Assembly (NCBI GenBank): GCA_963787835.1
Contig: CAWBEI010000002.1
Span: forward strand, 224,001 to 288,000
Direction: 5' to 3'
Source: Ignavibacteriota bacterium
Lineage (GTDB): Bacteria > Bacteroidota > Ignavibacteria > Palsa-1295
DNA: 64,000 bases
Numbering within the stretch: position 1 is the stretch's first letter; each line of letters begins with the position of its first letter. A program made the translations under genes and the position numbers. The notes beneath the pieces are model-generated. The model had not been told where the DNA came from, made no database searches, and saw only the letters and a program-made list of their open reading frames with translations. Shown in pieces: positions 1 to 10,428 of the stretch.

Positions 1-2
1 CA

Positions 3-1421
3 GCATGGTTTGCCTTCTACTGGCTGCGCGTTGACTCGGGTTGGTTTATGTTCCGCCGGGGTGCCAGTGACCTTACTCCTGCCCTCTTGCCAGAATCTGC
101 ACTCTTGCTATATCTTTTTTGGATGATCCTGTTCCTATTCTTCGGGCTGTATCGTCCGTGGTATGTACGAGCGCCGTTTGATGAGATCATCACGATCTTG
201 AAAACCCTTGGCGTAGGCACCATACTCCTGTCGATCCTTATCTGGTGGGATCCCTGGAATACACTCAGCCCTTCATCCAATGATCCCCGCCTTTTGGGAT
301 TGACCTATTGGCTCATTACTGCGGTCTTATGTGTCGCTGTTCGTTCACTCATCCGAAGTGGCCAACGGCGACTTCTTGAATCTGGCGTAGGAACCCGACT
401 ATCTATCGTGGTCGGTGATCCCGAAAAGGCAAGAGATCTTGCCGCGCGAGTAGCGCATTATCCGCGTTTGGGGTATGAAGTCATTGGATTCGTCCATCCC
501 TATTCCAATGGCAAAAGTGCTAATCCTGCTGGATTTAGCATTGAGCAGCGAAACGGGAAGCGCGGACACAAGCCGAAAATTGTTGAGGTTCCGAACCTCG
601 GTACAACAGAAGAACTTGAAGCGGTCATAGACAAGCATGGGATTAAAGAAGTACTGATCGCTCTTGGCTCCGATGAACATGAAAAGCTGATCGATGTGAT
701 CGCTCGAGCATCGAAATCGAATGCCGGCCTCAAAATTGTGCCTGATCTCTACGATATTGTCTCAGGCCAGGCGCGTGCGCGTGAAATATACGGCTTTCCG
801 CTTATCGATGTGAATCCTGTTCTGCTACGACCCTGGGAAGAAGCTGCAAAACGAACGCTTGACGTAGTAGTGAGTTTAATGCTGCTTCTGCTTGGAAGCC
901 CGATCATCATCGCTACAGCCATTGCAATAAAAATGACATCGAGCGGGCCACTTATCTACTCGCAGGAGCGCGTAGGCAAAGATGGCAAGCGCTTTCGCAT
1001 CTTTAAATTCAGGTCGATGTATGTCAATGCCGAGCAGGCGGGACCGCAATGGGCATCGAAGAACGATCCTCGCGTGACACCGCTTGGTCGTTTCCTAAGA
1101 AAATCACATCTGGATGAAGTACCACAGCTCTGGAATGTGTTAAAGGGAGATATGTCATTGGTTGGCCCCAGACCCGAACGAGAATTCTTTGTTAAGCAAT
1201 TGATCGAAGAAATTCCGTATTACAATCGCCGGCATCGAGTCCGGCCCGGTGTAACCGGTCTTTATCAGGCGATGGTCGATAAATACGACGAGAATCTCGA
1301 TGATGTTCGCCAGCGGGTCAAGTACGATCTGATGTACATTGAATCCATGTCATTCCGATTGGATGTGAAGATCCTATTCCGCACCGGCTATATGATGTTT
1401 CGAGGTAAAGGACAAGCTTAG
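3..1421 (+). CDS. Polyprenyl-phosphate sugar phosphotransferase (WcaJ/Bac_transf family), 5'-partial
   Basis: Four TM helices, a CoA-binding-like domain, then KRTLD...FKFRSM...DPRVTPLGRFLRKSHLDEVPQLWNVLKGDMSLVGPRPER. The frame stays open upstream of ATG 48 to the window edge. Confidence 0.92.
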   Translation, partial: AWFAFYWLRVDSGWFMFRRGASDLTPALLPESALLLYLFWMILFLFFGLYRPWYVRAPFDEIITILKTLGVGTILLSILIWWDPWNTLSPSSNDPRLLGLTYWLITAVLCVAVRSLIRSGQRRLLESGVGTRLSIVVGDPEKARDLAARVAHYPRLGYEVIGFVHPYSNGKSANPAGFSIEQRNGKRGHKPKIVEVPNLGTTEELEAVIDKHGIKEVLIALGSDEHEKLIDVIARASKSNAGLKIVPDLYDIVSGQARAREIYGFPLIDVNPVLLRPWEEAAKRTLDVVVSLMLLLLGSPIIIATAIAIKMTSSGPLIYSQERVGKDGKRFRIFKFRSMYVNAEQAGPQWASKNDPRVTPLGRFLRKSHLDEVPQLWNVLKGDMSLVGPRPEREFFVKQLIEEIPYYNRRHRVRPGVTGLYQAMVDKYDENLDDVRQRVKYDLMYIESMSFRLDVKILFRTGYMMFRGKGQA

Positions 1422-1422
1422 T

Positions 1423-1460
1423 AATTAAGAAGTAAGAATTAGCAATTAAGAATTAGCAAC
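1423..1460 (+). repeat. Degenerate 7-bp tandem repeat (AATTAAG/AAGTAAG/AATTAGC x5)
   Basis: aattaag aagtaag aattagc aattaag aattagc fills the intergenic gap. Confidence 0.8.
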
Positions 1461-1462
1461 AA

Positions 1463-2599
1463 ATGAGCGTAACAGAAGTAGAAATTCCTACAAAACCGAT
1501 TCAGATGGTCGATGTCATCGGACAATACCGGCGATATCAGGAGGAAATTGATAGCGCCGTATTGGAAGTTGTTCGCAGCGGGAAGTATATCAACGGCCCG
1601 TATGTGCAACGTTTTGAACATGCAATGGAGAATTATCTCGGCGTCAAGCACGCCATCGCGTGTGCATCAGGGACCGATGCATTGCAACTCACGCTCATGG
1701 CTATCGACCTTGAGCCCGGTGATGAGGTGATCACCACTCCTTTTACCTTCGCCGCCACAACGGAAACCATTGCACTTCTGCGTGGTAAGCCCGTGTATGT
1801 GGATATTGATCCCTCAACATTTAATCTTGATGTCGAGCAGATCGAATCGAAAATAACCCCTCGCACACGGGCTATCCTACCTGTTCATCTCTTTGGACAG
1901 GCAGCAAACATGAACCGCATTTCTGAGATCGCGCACAAGCATAATCTTATCGTTATTGAAGATGCTGCTCAGGCAGTGGGGGCGAAATGGGAAGGGAAAA
2001 TGGTCTGCGGGATCGGCGATATGAGTGCAATTTCGTTTTATCCTTCTAAAAATCTTGGGGCTTTCGGTGATGGCGGCATGGTGACAACGAATGATGACAA
2101 ACTTGCTCATGCCATGCGTACTATTGCCAATCATGGCTCAGAGCGTGCATATTACCATGATAGACTTGGTGTAAACTCACGGCTTGATGCGATACAGGCT
2201 GCGATCTTGAATGTAAAACTCCCTCATCTCGATGAATGGAACACCGCCCGGTCAAAAGCAGCGGATACCTATTCCGCGCTTTTTGAAGATTATTCCGAAC
2301 TGGTGCAAACGCCATTTGTTGATAGTCGCGCCACTTCCATCTGGCATCAATATTCCATTATTCTCTCATCCGGACGTGAGCAAGTTGCACAACATCTTCG
2401 AGAAACAGGCATCCCTCACGGCATATACTATCCTGTTCCATTACACCTTCAAAAAGCCTATGCTGAAGGAAAACGAGGCGATTTCCCACACTCCGAGTTC
2501 TCAGCAGATCATATTCTTTCGATTCCGATGCATTCTGAGCTTACGAGTGCGGAAATGGAATATATCGCAAGTCATGTTCTGGAGGGATTAGGAGTTTAA
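1463..2599 (+). CDS. DegT/DnrJ/EryC1/StrS family PLP-dependent sugar aminotransferase
   Basis: SGTDAL, PVHLFGQ, IEDAAQA and SFYPSKNLGAFGDGG (PLP lysine) motifs. Confidence 0.95.
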   Translation: MSVTEVEIPTKPIQMVDVIGQYRRYQEEIDSAVLEVVRSGKYINGPYVQRFEHAMENYLGVKHAIACASGTDALQLTLMAIDLEPGDEVITTPFTFAATTETIALLRGKPVYVDIDPSTFNLDVEQIESKITPRTRAILPVHLFGQAANMNRISEIAHKHNLIVIEDAAQAVGAKWEGKMVCGIGDMSAISFYPSKNLGAFGDGGMVTTNDDKLAHAMRTIANHGSERAYYHDRLGVNSRLDAIQAAILNVKLPHLDEWNTARSKAADTYSALFEDYSELVQTPFVDSRATSIWHQYSIILSSGREQVAQHLRETGIPHGIYYPVPLHLQKAYAEGKRGDFPHSEFSADHILSIPMHSELTSAEMEYIASHVLEGLGV

Positions 2600-2614
2600 T
2601 CATTTCCCTTACTC

Positions 2615-3358
2615 ATGGCGCGAGCACTGATCATCATACCGACTTATAACGAGCAGGAGAATATCGTCCGGCTCGTGCATGAGATATTTTCTCAGCAGCC
2701 ACGTTGCCCGGATGTTGCGCTGAGCATCCTCATTGTCGATGACAATTCTCCCGATGGAACCTCGGACATTGTACGTGATCTTCAGGCGCGAGAAGATCCG
2801 GAGTTCAGCCGTATTCATTTACTGACCCGCCCAGCCAAAATGGGATTGGGAACTGCGTATGTGACCGGATTTAAGTATGGGGTCCGCGAAGGATTCGACT
2901 ACGTTTTTGAAATGGATGCGGATTTTTCGCACGATCCGAAAGAGATCCCAAATTTTCTGCATGAGATCGAGAACTATGACCTTGTGATCGGCTCGCGCTA
3001 TATTCCCGGTGCTCATGTAACCAACTGGCCTAAACGCAGGCTCTTGCTTTCCTATAATGCGAACGTGTATGCCCGAATCATCACCGGCATACCGGTGCGC
3101 GATGCGACCGGAGGTTTTAAATGTTTTCGTCGCAACGTGCTTGAAGCGATCGACCTGGATGACATTCGCTCCAATGGCTATGCGTTCCAGATCGAAATGA
3201 ACTTCCGCGCATGGCGCAAAGGGTTTCGTATCAAGGAGATCCCCATCACGTTCGCGGATCGCCTCGCCGGTGCTAGTAAAATGAGCAGATCGATCGTTCG
3301 CGAAGCCGTTGGGATGGTCTGGAAATTGAAGGCACGCGCAATTTCAGGAGAGCTTTAA
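2615..3358 (+). CDS. Polyprenol monophosphomannose synthase-like GT2 (DPM1 family)
   Basis: IIPTYNE, VDDNSPDGT, KMGLGTAY, EMDADFSHDP, DATGGFKCFRR, GYAFQIEM. Confidence 0.92.
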   Translation: MARALIIIPTYNEQENIVRLVHEIFSQQPRCPDVALSILIVDDNSPDGTSDIVRDLQAREDPEFSRIHLLTRPAKMGLGTAYVTGFKYGVREGFDYVFEMDADFSHDPKEIPNFLHEIENYDLVIGSRYIPGAHVTNWPKRRLLLSYNANVYARIITGIPVRDATGGFKCFRRNVLEAIDLDDIRSNGYAFQIEMNFRAWRKGFRIKEIPITFADRLAGASKMSRSIVREAVGMVWKLKARAISGEL

Positions 3359-3361
3359 GAC

Positions 3362-5404
3362 ATGGATCTTTCGATCATTATTGTCAGCTACAATGTGAAG
3401 GAATTCCTTCGCGGCGCGATCGCAAGCGCTCAGCGCTCGCTTGCGGCTGGTGAGATCGAGGGTGAAATTATCGTGGTCGATAACAATTCTTCCGACGGCA
3501 GCGTCGCAATGGTGCGCTCTGAGTTTCCAGAAGTCCTGTTGCATGCATTGGACGAGAATATTGGATTTGGGCGCGCAAACAATCTTGCACTAAAAGAAGC
3601 TAAAGGAAATTTCCAACTCCTTTTGAATCCGGACACGATCCTTGGTGAAGAAACGCTTCGAACCATGCTCGATTTTATGCGGTCACATCCTGGTGCCGGG
3701 TTAGCAGGATGTAAATTGCTTAATGGCGATGGCACATTTCAGCTTAGCTGCCGCCGAGGATTTCCCACCCCATGGGCAAGTTTTACAAAGCTCTTTGGCT
3801 TAGCCAGTCTGTTCCCAAATTCTAAGCTGTTTGCCCGATATAATCTTACCTATCTGCCTATCGATGCGACTTATGAAGTCGATGCCCTTGGGGGAGCTTT
3901 TATGATGATTTCCCGTGCAGCGTTAGAGGCAACAAAAGGCTTCGACGAAGATTTTTTCATGTATGGGGAGGACATCGATCTTTGCTTTCGAGCTAAGAAG
4001 GCTGGCTTTAAGATCTTTTACGTAAACACAACTGCAACAATCCATTTTAAAGGTGAATCGACGAGGCGCAGCGCGATTAATGAACTTCAGGTATTTTATG
4101 AAGCGATGCATGTTTTTGTCAAGAAACACTATCATGCCTCGTTTATATTTAATCTGCTCCTTCGGCTTGGAATTTTCCTTAGACGGGCAATCGCACTCGC
4201 CAGACGTCATCGGAGTTCGATCGCTCTTGTCGTATTAGACTATCTTGTGATTGGGCTAAGTGTGCTCATCGGTTCCAAAATCCTTTTGGGAACATGGCTT
4301 GGTTTACCGCAATGGGATTACCCATTTGCATATCTGATCCCACCGATTATCGTAGTTACGCTCCTCGCCGCACTGAAAGCATATCATCCAACACGTTGGG
4401 GTAGCATGAGGCCCGTTGTGATTGCCATCCCCGCAATCCTCATCGGACTCTCTTCACTCACGTATTTCTTTAAGGAATTTCCGGCAAGCCGAAGCTTTGT
4501 GGTCATGGTTACGCTCGTGACTGGTGCAATGTTGCTGCTCGATCGAGGCTTACTCAGAGCAACCCGGTGGTTTATTCGGGGAACTGGAACCTCAGCAACA
4601 CCACAATTAAGGAGAACCTTGATCGTGGGAGCAAACGAAGAGGGTTTGCGCATTGCTTCGCTACTGACACGCTTGGAATTTCTCCGCCGATTTGAGGTGG
4701 TCGGACTTATCAACAGCACCCTTGAGCGGCTGAATACCGAAGTACAACCGGGCTTGCGAATCCTTGGCGATACCAACATGATCGCAAAGGTCGTTCGTGA
4801 TAAGAAGGTTATAGAAGTTATTTTCGCAAGTGGTGCGGTGCCTTATACGGAAGTATTAGCGATAATGCAAAGGACCTCTTCCGAAAACCCCTCCTTGCGA
4901 GTTAATTTTTCCATGGTTCCCGCCGCAAGCGATGTCCTACTCGGTAAACAGAATATCGAGTTGTTGTCAGAAGTAGCGAGAGAGCCGCTTGCATTGCTGC
5001 CAGTTGCATATAATCTCGATCGCCTTTCGCATCGTCTTGCAAAACGCACGCTCGATATATTTGTAAGTGGCATAGCACTACCGGGTCTTGCTCTTGCTTC
5101 TTTTTTGCATCCAACCGAAATTCTGCGCAAACGTACAAATGTATGGGTCGATATTTTTCGAGGGAGACGAACGCTGGTCGGTGTTGAGGGATATTTCGAT
5201 CGAGAGGCCTACTACCCCAAACCCGGTCTAACCAGTTTAGCAGCAGTTGCTGCAAAAAGCACCCCACGTGAGGAGGATATTCAGCAGTTCGACCAGTACT
5301 ATGCGCGAAACCATACTATCGCCATGGACTGTGAGATTTTATTCAAAGCGATCTTCACAAGGCCCACGACTTTATTGACCAGCACATCACGAAGGAGAGC
5401 ATAA
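3362..5404 (+). CDS. GT2 glycosyltransferase fused to TM/CoA-binding-like and degenerate sugar-transferase domains
   Basis: N-terminal [44 protein letters not shown]; central TM helices; C-terminal KRTLDI...KPGLTSL...DQYYARN. Confidence 0.85.
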   Translation: MDLSIIIVSYNVKEFLRGAIASAQRSLAAGEIEGEIIVVDNNSSDGSVAMVRSEFPEVLLHALDENIGFGRANNLALKEAKGNFQLLLNPDTILGEETLRTMLDFMRSHPGAGLAGCKLLNGDGTFQLSCRRGFPTPWASFTKLFGLASLFPNSKLFARYNLTYLPIDATYEVDALGGAFMMISRAALEATKGFDEDFFMYGEDIDLCFRAKKAGFKIFYVNTTATIHFKGESTRRSAINELQVFYEAMHVFVKKHYHASFIFNLLLRLGIFLRRAIALARRHRSSIALVVLDYLVIGLSVLIGSKILLGTWLGLPQWDYPFAYLIPPIIVVTLLAALKAYHPTRWGSMRPVVIAIPAILIGLSSLTYFFKEFPASRSFVVMVTLVTGAMLLLDRGLLRATRWFIRGTGTSATPQLRRTLIVGANEEGLRIASLLTRLEFLRRFEVVGLINSTLERLNTEVQPGLRILGDTNMIAKVVRDKKVIEVIFASGAVPYTEVLAIMQRTSSENPSLRVNFSMVPAASDVLLGKQNIELLSEVAREPLALLPVAYNLDRLSHRLAKRTLDIFVSGIALPGLALASFLHPTEILRKRTNVWVDIFRGRRTLVGVEGYFDREAYYPKPGLTSLAAVAAKSTPREEDIQQFDQYYARNHTIAMDCEILFKAIFTRPTTLLTSTSRRRA

Positions 5405-6438
5405 TGGCAAAAACAATTCTTGATTTCGAAAAACCGCTTGAAGATCTTGAGAACAAATATGAAGAGATGCGCAAGCTTTCCGAAACCGTTGAACTAACTT
5501 CAGAGATGGCGGCAATGCGATCAAAGATCGAGGACCTGACTCGTGAAATATATCAACACCTAACACGATGGCAACGTGTGCAGGTAGCGCGCCATCCGGA
5601 TCGACCCTATACCCTTGATTATATTCATGGACTTACATCCGATTTTACCGAACTTCACGGAGACCGCGGCGTACGTGACGACCCCGCCATTGTTGGTGGA
5701 TTTGGAACGCTCGATGAAATAGGAAGTGTCATGTGGATCGGTCATCAAAAGGGGCGCGACACGAAGCAAAACGTCTATCGGAATTTTGGCATGCCAAACC
5801 CAGAAGGGTACCGCAAGGCGTTGCGGCTGATGAAACTTGCCGAAAAATTTGGCAAACCGATTGTTACGTTACTCGATACCCCCGGAGCGTATCCCGGTAT
5901 CGAAGCCGAAGAACGTGGACAGGCTGAAGCTATTGCTCGGAATTTATTTGAAATGGCCCAACTTAAAGTACCGATTGTTGTTGTAATCATCGGTGAAGGG
6001 GCGTCCGGCGGAGCGTTAGGCATTGGTTTGGGTGACAGGGTTTTGATGCTTGAAAATTCATGGTATAGTGTTATTTCTCCAGAAAGCTGCTCCTCCATTC
6101 TTTGGAGAAGCTGGAATTTCAAAGAGCAGGCCGCAGAAGCATTAAAACTTACCGCGACGGACCTGCTGGCTTATGGTATCATCGACCGCATTATACCAGA
6201 GCCGCTTGGTGGTGCGCACCGCTCACCGGAAACGATGTTCGAAACCCTCAAAGAGATTTTGCTCGAAGAACTTCGTGGGCTCACCGATCTATTTGAGATA
6301 GAATCTACTTCCGCTCTGGACCGAAGAACGGAAAAATTTTCCAGAATGGGAATATGGACTGAAGACCCTTTCGCATCGGTTGACCCAACTGCGATGGAAA
6401 TTATCGCAGTTGAGGCTATCGCCAATGAAGAACCATAA
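5404..6438 (+). CDS. accA: Acetyl-CoA carboxylase carboxyltransferase alpha subunit
   Basis: [70 protein letters not shown] overlap with the upstream gene. Confidence 0.97.
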   Translation: MAKTILDFEKPLEDLENKYEEMRKLSETVELTSEMAAMRSKIEDLTREIYQHLTRWQRVQVARHPDRPYTLDYIHGLTSDFTELHGDRGVRDDPAIVGGFGTLDEIGSVMWIGHQKGRDTKQNVYRNFGMPNPEGYRKALRLMKLAEKFGKPIVTLLDTPGAYPGIEAEERGQAEAIARNLFEMAQLKVPIVVVIIGEGASGGALGIGLGDRVLMLENSWYSVISPESCSSILWRSWNFKEQAAEALKLTATDLLAYGIIDRIIPEPLGGAHRSPETMFETLKEILLEELRGLTDLFEIESTSALDRRTEKFSRMGIWTEDPFASVDPTAMEIIAVEAIANEEP

Positions 6439-6471
6439 GGATATTCTGAAAGATTGCGCTCCACTTCTCGT

Positions 6472-6990
6472 ATGCCGCTCTTTACAGGCCTTCTTTTAAT
6501 CTTTATTATTTTGGCAATAGTGCCTTTAGCATTCCGCAATAACGGCGCGAGGGAATCACGATGGCAAAAGGAATGGAACGAAAGAAAAATGATAATTGGC
6601 GCTCAAATTTGCGAAGCAGCGGGAATGGATACCTTCGGTATCAAACTCGATCATTCAATTGAAAGCATTGCTCAGCTTGACTTGCTGATCACAAAAGGCT
6701 GGGGTAACAAATCAATTTCCGTGACCTCTCCAATGAAGGATTCAAACAATCTGATTTTTGTTTTTGCCGCTTATCTCGGAGATGTTTTTGTCCAGCATAA
6801 AAATGCGTCATGGCAGTTGGAGAGTGAGCACGCTGTACTTTATTTTCGAAATTTGAAACGAATGGCCTATCCATTCGAACTTATCACACAGAAGATGCGT
6901 GAACCCAGCGAAATTGATCTGGTGGAGGAGACATCGAACTGGCTAAAACCACCAATTCAAGAGGACGGCAATGGAACCACATCATCCTGA
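6472..6990 (+). CDS. Hypothetical single-pass membrane protein
   Basis: ORF fills the accA-thioesterase gap, with an N-terminal hydrophobic helix. ATG at 6472 preferred over the TTG at 6454. Confidence 0.65.
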   Translation: MPLFTGLLLIFIILAIVPLAFRNNGARESRWQKEWNERKMIIGAQICEAAGMDTFGIKLDHSIESIAQLDLLITKGWGNKSISVTSPMKDSNNLIFVFAAYLGDVFVQHKNASWQLESEHAVLYFRNLKRMAYPFELITQKMREPSEIDLVEETSNWLKPPIQEDGNGTTSS

Positions 6991-7411
6991 TTCCCACCTC
7001 ATCGAACATACCACAATGATCCGAGTTCGATATGCGGACACAGATCAAATGGGGATGGTCTATTACGGGAAATATTTCGAGTATTTCGAAGTAGCGCGCA
7101 CCGAAATGCTGAGAGCATGCGGACTTCCCTACGCAGAGATCGAAGCTGCCGGTTATTGGCTCCCAGTTTCCGACGCAAGCATAAGATACCTTCGATCCGC
7201 GAAATACGATGACCTGCTTCGTGTCATTGCGCGCATGCCTGCATCTGTTAGCCCACGGTTAGAAATTTCCTACGAAGTTCGCTTAGATTCAACAGGTGAA
7301 TTGATCGCCGAAGGCACAACAACCCTCGTCATGGTATCAAGCGCAACAGGGAAACCTACACGTCCACCACAAATATATCGCGATGCCATCGAACGACATG
7401 CAACCACTTAG
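6971..7411 (+). CDS. Acyl-CoA thioesterase (YbgC/4HBT hotdog family)
   Basis: IRVRYADTDQMGMVYYGKYFEYFEVARTE signature. Confidence 0.92.
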   Translation: MEPHHPDSHLIEHTTMIRVRYADTDQMGMVYYGKYFEYFEVARTEMLRACGLPYAEIEAAGYWLPVSDASIRYLRSAKYDDLLRVIARMPASVSPRLEISYEVRLDSTGELIAEGTTTLVMVSSATGKPTRPPQIYRDAIERHATT

Positions 7412-8285
7412 TGACATCGAACGCCAGCGCATACGAATCGCCCTCGTCGAAGATGGAGGCCGCGAGGACGTAACTACGCTCGCGACCATCGATGAAGATG
7501 AGGAAGGTATCGGAACATTTATTGCGAAGGCCCATGGTGTTGTTGCCGGTATTGACATTGCACGCCACAGCTTTTCTTTGTACGAAATAGTCCACGGTAA
7601 ATTCTCGACAGCTTTTGAATTTGAATCGATCTGTGAAGATGGTGATGCTGTCCGAGTTGGGGATGTGCTGGGTACGATTCGCGCCCGGATGCATACACTA
7701 CTTGGAGCAGAACGTGTCGCTCTGAATTTTTTACAGCGCATGTCCGGTATTGCTACGCTGACTCGTTCTTTTGTGGATGCTATCGCAGGAACCGGCGCGA
7801 CCATACTCGATACACGTAAAACTGCCCCACTGCTGCGCCCTTTCGACCGTTACGCTGTTCGAGCAGGTGGTGGCACGAATCACCGATATTCGCTGAGCGA
7901 CATGGTTCTCGTAAAAGATAACCATATCGCTGCGAACGATGGCGATATCGGACTGGTAATTGCGAAACTTATCAAGTTCTTTGCAAATCCAGAACGGGCC
8001 GTCGTTCCCGTGGAGTTCGAGGTAACATCACTCGACCAATTCGAGGAAGTTCTTCGCCTCGGCCCTGGAATTATTGATCGAGTCCTGTTCGATAATTTTG
8101 AACTTGAAAGGCTTCATGAAGCGATCCGAATGAATAATGGAATATTCGAAACAGAAGCATCCGGGGGTGTGAATCTTGAGACTGTCCGTGCTATTGCGGA
8201 AACGGGGGTGAACTTTATTTCGGTTGGAGCGCTCACACATTCGGTTCGCGCTCTCGACATTTCGTTAGAGATCGAACCTTCCTGA
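7398..8285 (+). CDS. nadC: Nicotinate-nucleotide pyrophosphorylase (quinolinate phosphoribosyltransferase)
   Basis: EDVTT, ERVALNFLQRMSGIAT, LDTRKT, NHRYSLSD, KDNH, EASGG, ISVGALTHS. Start may be 7383 or 7398. Confidence 0.96.
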   Translation: MQPLSDIERQRIRIALVEDGGREDVTTLATIDEDEEGIGTFIAKAHGVVAGIDIARHSFSLYEIVHGKFSTAFEFESICEDGDAVRVGDVLGTIRARMHTLLGAERVALNFLQRMSGIATLTRSFVDAIAGTGATILDTRKTAPLLRPFDRYAVRAGGGTNHRYSLSDMVLVKDNHIAANDGDIGLVIAKLIKFFANPERAVVPVEFEVTSLDQFEEVLRLGPGIIDRVLFDNFELERLHEAIRMNNGIFETEASGGVNLETVRAIAETGVNFISVGALTHSVRALDISLEIEPS

Positions 8286-8291
8286 ACAATA

Positions 8292-8981
8292 ATGTTGCAA
8301 ATACTTGTCATCGAGGATGAGCGTAAAGTCGCTCGCTTCATTCAAAAAGGCCTCTCGGCGGAAGGTATGGAAACGACGATTGCCGAAACTGGCGATGAAG
8401 GACTGCGCCTTGCTTCCGAACGCACCTTCGATATCATTACCGTAGATCTTTCGCTCCCAGGGATCGATGGAATCAGCGTTATTCGAGAACTCCGAGCGCG
8501 ACAAAATTCTGCTGGTATTTTGGTGCTTTCCGCAAAAGGAGCATTAGAAGATAAACTACTGGGCTTTGGAGTGGGTGCTGATGATTACCTTCCCAAACCC
8601 TTTGCGTTCGATGAATTGATCGTTCGCATTCGTGCATTGGCTCGAAGAACGGCGACCTTCGCTCAAGATTCAAAGCTTTCATACTCCGATCTGGAAATGG
8701 ATTTGCGCACCCGACGTGTTGTTCGAAACGGAAAAGAGATCGAATTGACGGCAAGGGAATTTAATCTTCTCGAATTATTCTTGCGCAATCCCGAGCAGGC
8801 GCTTACACGCGCCAAAATTGGCGAATCCGTCTGGCGAGAACAATTTGAGCGAGAGACCAATGTGATCGAGGTCTACATGATGTATCTTCGCAAAAAGCTC
8901 GAGGTTGCAAATTCAAGACCCTTGTTACATACCGTTCGTGGAGTTGGGTACCGGCTCTGCGAACTCCCGGAGCGAGAATGA
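8292..8981 (+). CDS. OmpR-family response regulator (CusR/CzcR-like)
   Basis: Receiver domain (IEDE, DLSLPGIDG, GADDYLPKPF) plus winged helix (LTAREF, NVIEVY, TVRGVGY). Confidence 0.95.
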   Translation: MLQILVIEDERKVARFIQKGLSAEGMETTIAETGDEGLRLASERTFDIITVDLSLPGIDGISVIRELRARQNSAGILVLSAKGALEDKLLGFGVGADDYLPKPFAFDELIVRIRALARRTATFAQDSKLSYSDLEMDLRTRRVVRNGKEIELTAREFNLLELFLRNPEQALTRAKIGESVWREQFERETNVIEVYMMYLRKKLEVANSRPLLHTVRGVGYRLCELPERE

Positions 8982-10393
8982 AGATCATTCCACGAAGTCT
9001 TCAGGGACGAACGGCTGTCGTCATCGCATTGGCCTTTTTCTTTTTTCTCACTCTTTTTTTTGTATCTACTTATGGTTCAATTCATAGCTCGCTGCTCGAT
9101 CGAAGCGATGGCGAAGTCCGTGCCGAGTTAGAACGCATAGCATCCGAAACCTTTCCTGGGATTTCTAAAGATGCTCTCACTCATCTTCTTTCAGAGAATC
9201 GATCGATCGGAGAATCACCATTGCATGACGTATTTCTTGAAAGTCAAGCTGGAAGTTTTCTTCTCTCTACGGGCAATGCGATCGACAACATCCCCACCGA
9301 TGTGATGACGGAGCTCAAACAACATCCAGGTCAGCCAATATCCTACTCCTCTTCCGAAGGCGATATGCGGTTAATTAGTATTACGCACGCGGGCACGGTT
9401 CTCGCTGCCTCTTATAACACGATCGTTCTTGAAGAGGCGGAAGATTCCATCGTTCACGTATTCGCCTTCTATTTAGCAGGCGGCTTGATCGTAGGGATTT
9501 TTGGGGGCATATTCCTTTCTAAATATCTGATCGGACCCATTGGTGACCTTGCAACATCTGCGAGAAATATCCTTCATCTTCACGAAGAATCGCCGGATCG
9601 TCTCCCTGTTTCGAAAAACATCGAGGAAGTAGCACATCTCGCCCAATCGATCAACGAACTACTCGATGCTCGTGAGCTCGCCATGGAACGCCAACGGAAT
9701 TTTGCCGCCGATGCTGCACATGAACTGCGAACGCCGCTTACTGTTTTGAAAGGCGAGATCGAGGTTGAGTTAAGGATGATCGACCATGATAGTCCTCAAG
9801 CGGAACTATTGCACAGCAACCTGGAGGAAATCGAGCGACTGATTTCAACAGTTCAGGATCTTTTAGAGTTAGCAGAAATAGAAGCCGATAATACACTCGA
9901 CTCTCCTGATTCTGAGTGTTCCATTCAATCCGCCATTCAGTACGCCGCCGATCGACTTCGTGGCCTTGCTTCGGAAAGAGGAATTTTGTTGATACTCCCG
10001 CAAAACGATGTTATTATTAGAGCTCAAGAAAAGCGGATAACACGGCTGATCTATAATCTTCTGTTGAATGCTGTGGAACATTCCGGATCCACACCACAGG
10101 TAGAGGTAAGGCTTCGTATCACAGACCAAGGCTGCATTCTCGAAATTCAAGATCAGGGGAAAGGAATCCTACCCGAACAACTTGAACATCTGTTCGAACG
10201 CTTCTACCGAAGCGAAAGCGGCGCTGCGGACAAACGAGGCGGCGCAGGGCTTGGCCTTGCCATCGTAAAATCTATTGCTGACCATTATAGTTACCAATTA
10301 GGCGTACACAGTAGCAGAGGCATAGGAACAACGGTCTCCTTGAGTATTCCACACTCTGCTATCTTGGATAAGAATATTCTCATGTTATTCTAA
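8978..10393 (+). CDS. Membrane sensor histidine kinase (HAMP-HisKA-HATPase)
   Basis: Two TM segments, FAADAAHELRTPL H-box, NLLLNA, DQGKG, FERFYR, GAGLGLAIV. ATGA overlap with the regulator. Confidence 0.95.
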   Translation: MKIIPRSLQGRTAVVIALAFFFFLTLFFVSTYGSIHSSLLDRSDGEVRAELERIASETFPGISKDALTHLLSENRSIGESPLHDVFLESQAGSFLLSTGNAIDNIPTDVMTELKQHPGQPISYSSSEGDMRLISITHAGTVLAASYNTIVLEEAEDSIVHVFAFYLAGGLIVGIFGGIFLSKYLIGPIGDLATSARNILHLHEESPDRLPVSKNIEEVAHLAQSINELLDARELAMERQRNFAADAAHELRTPLTVLKGEIEVELRMIDHDSPQAELLHSNLEEIERLISTVQDLLELAEIEADNTLDSPDSECSIQSAIQYAADRLRGLASERGILLILPQNDVIIRAQEKRITRLIYNLLLNAVEHSGSTPQVEVRLRITDQGCILEIQDQGKGILPEQLEHLFERFYRSESGAADKRGGAGLGLAIVKSIADHYSYQLGVHSSRGIGTTVSLSIPHSAILDKNILMLF

Positions 10394-10416
10394 TTGTATT
10401 CTTATCTATTGATTTG

Positions 10417-10424
10417 TATGTTTG
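10417..10424 (+). promoter_or_regulatory. Bacteroidota-type sigma70 -7 box (TAnnTTTG)
   Basis: TATGTTTG ends 4 nt before the TonB receptor ATG at 10429. Confidence 0.45.
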
Positions 10425-10428
10425 TAAC

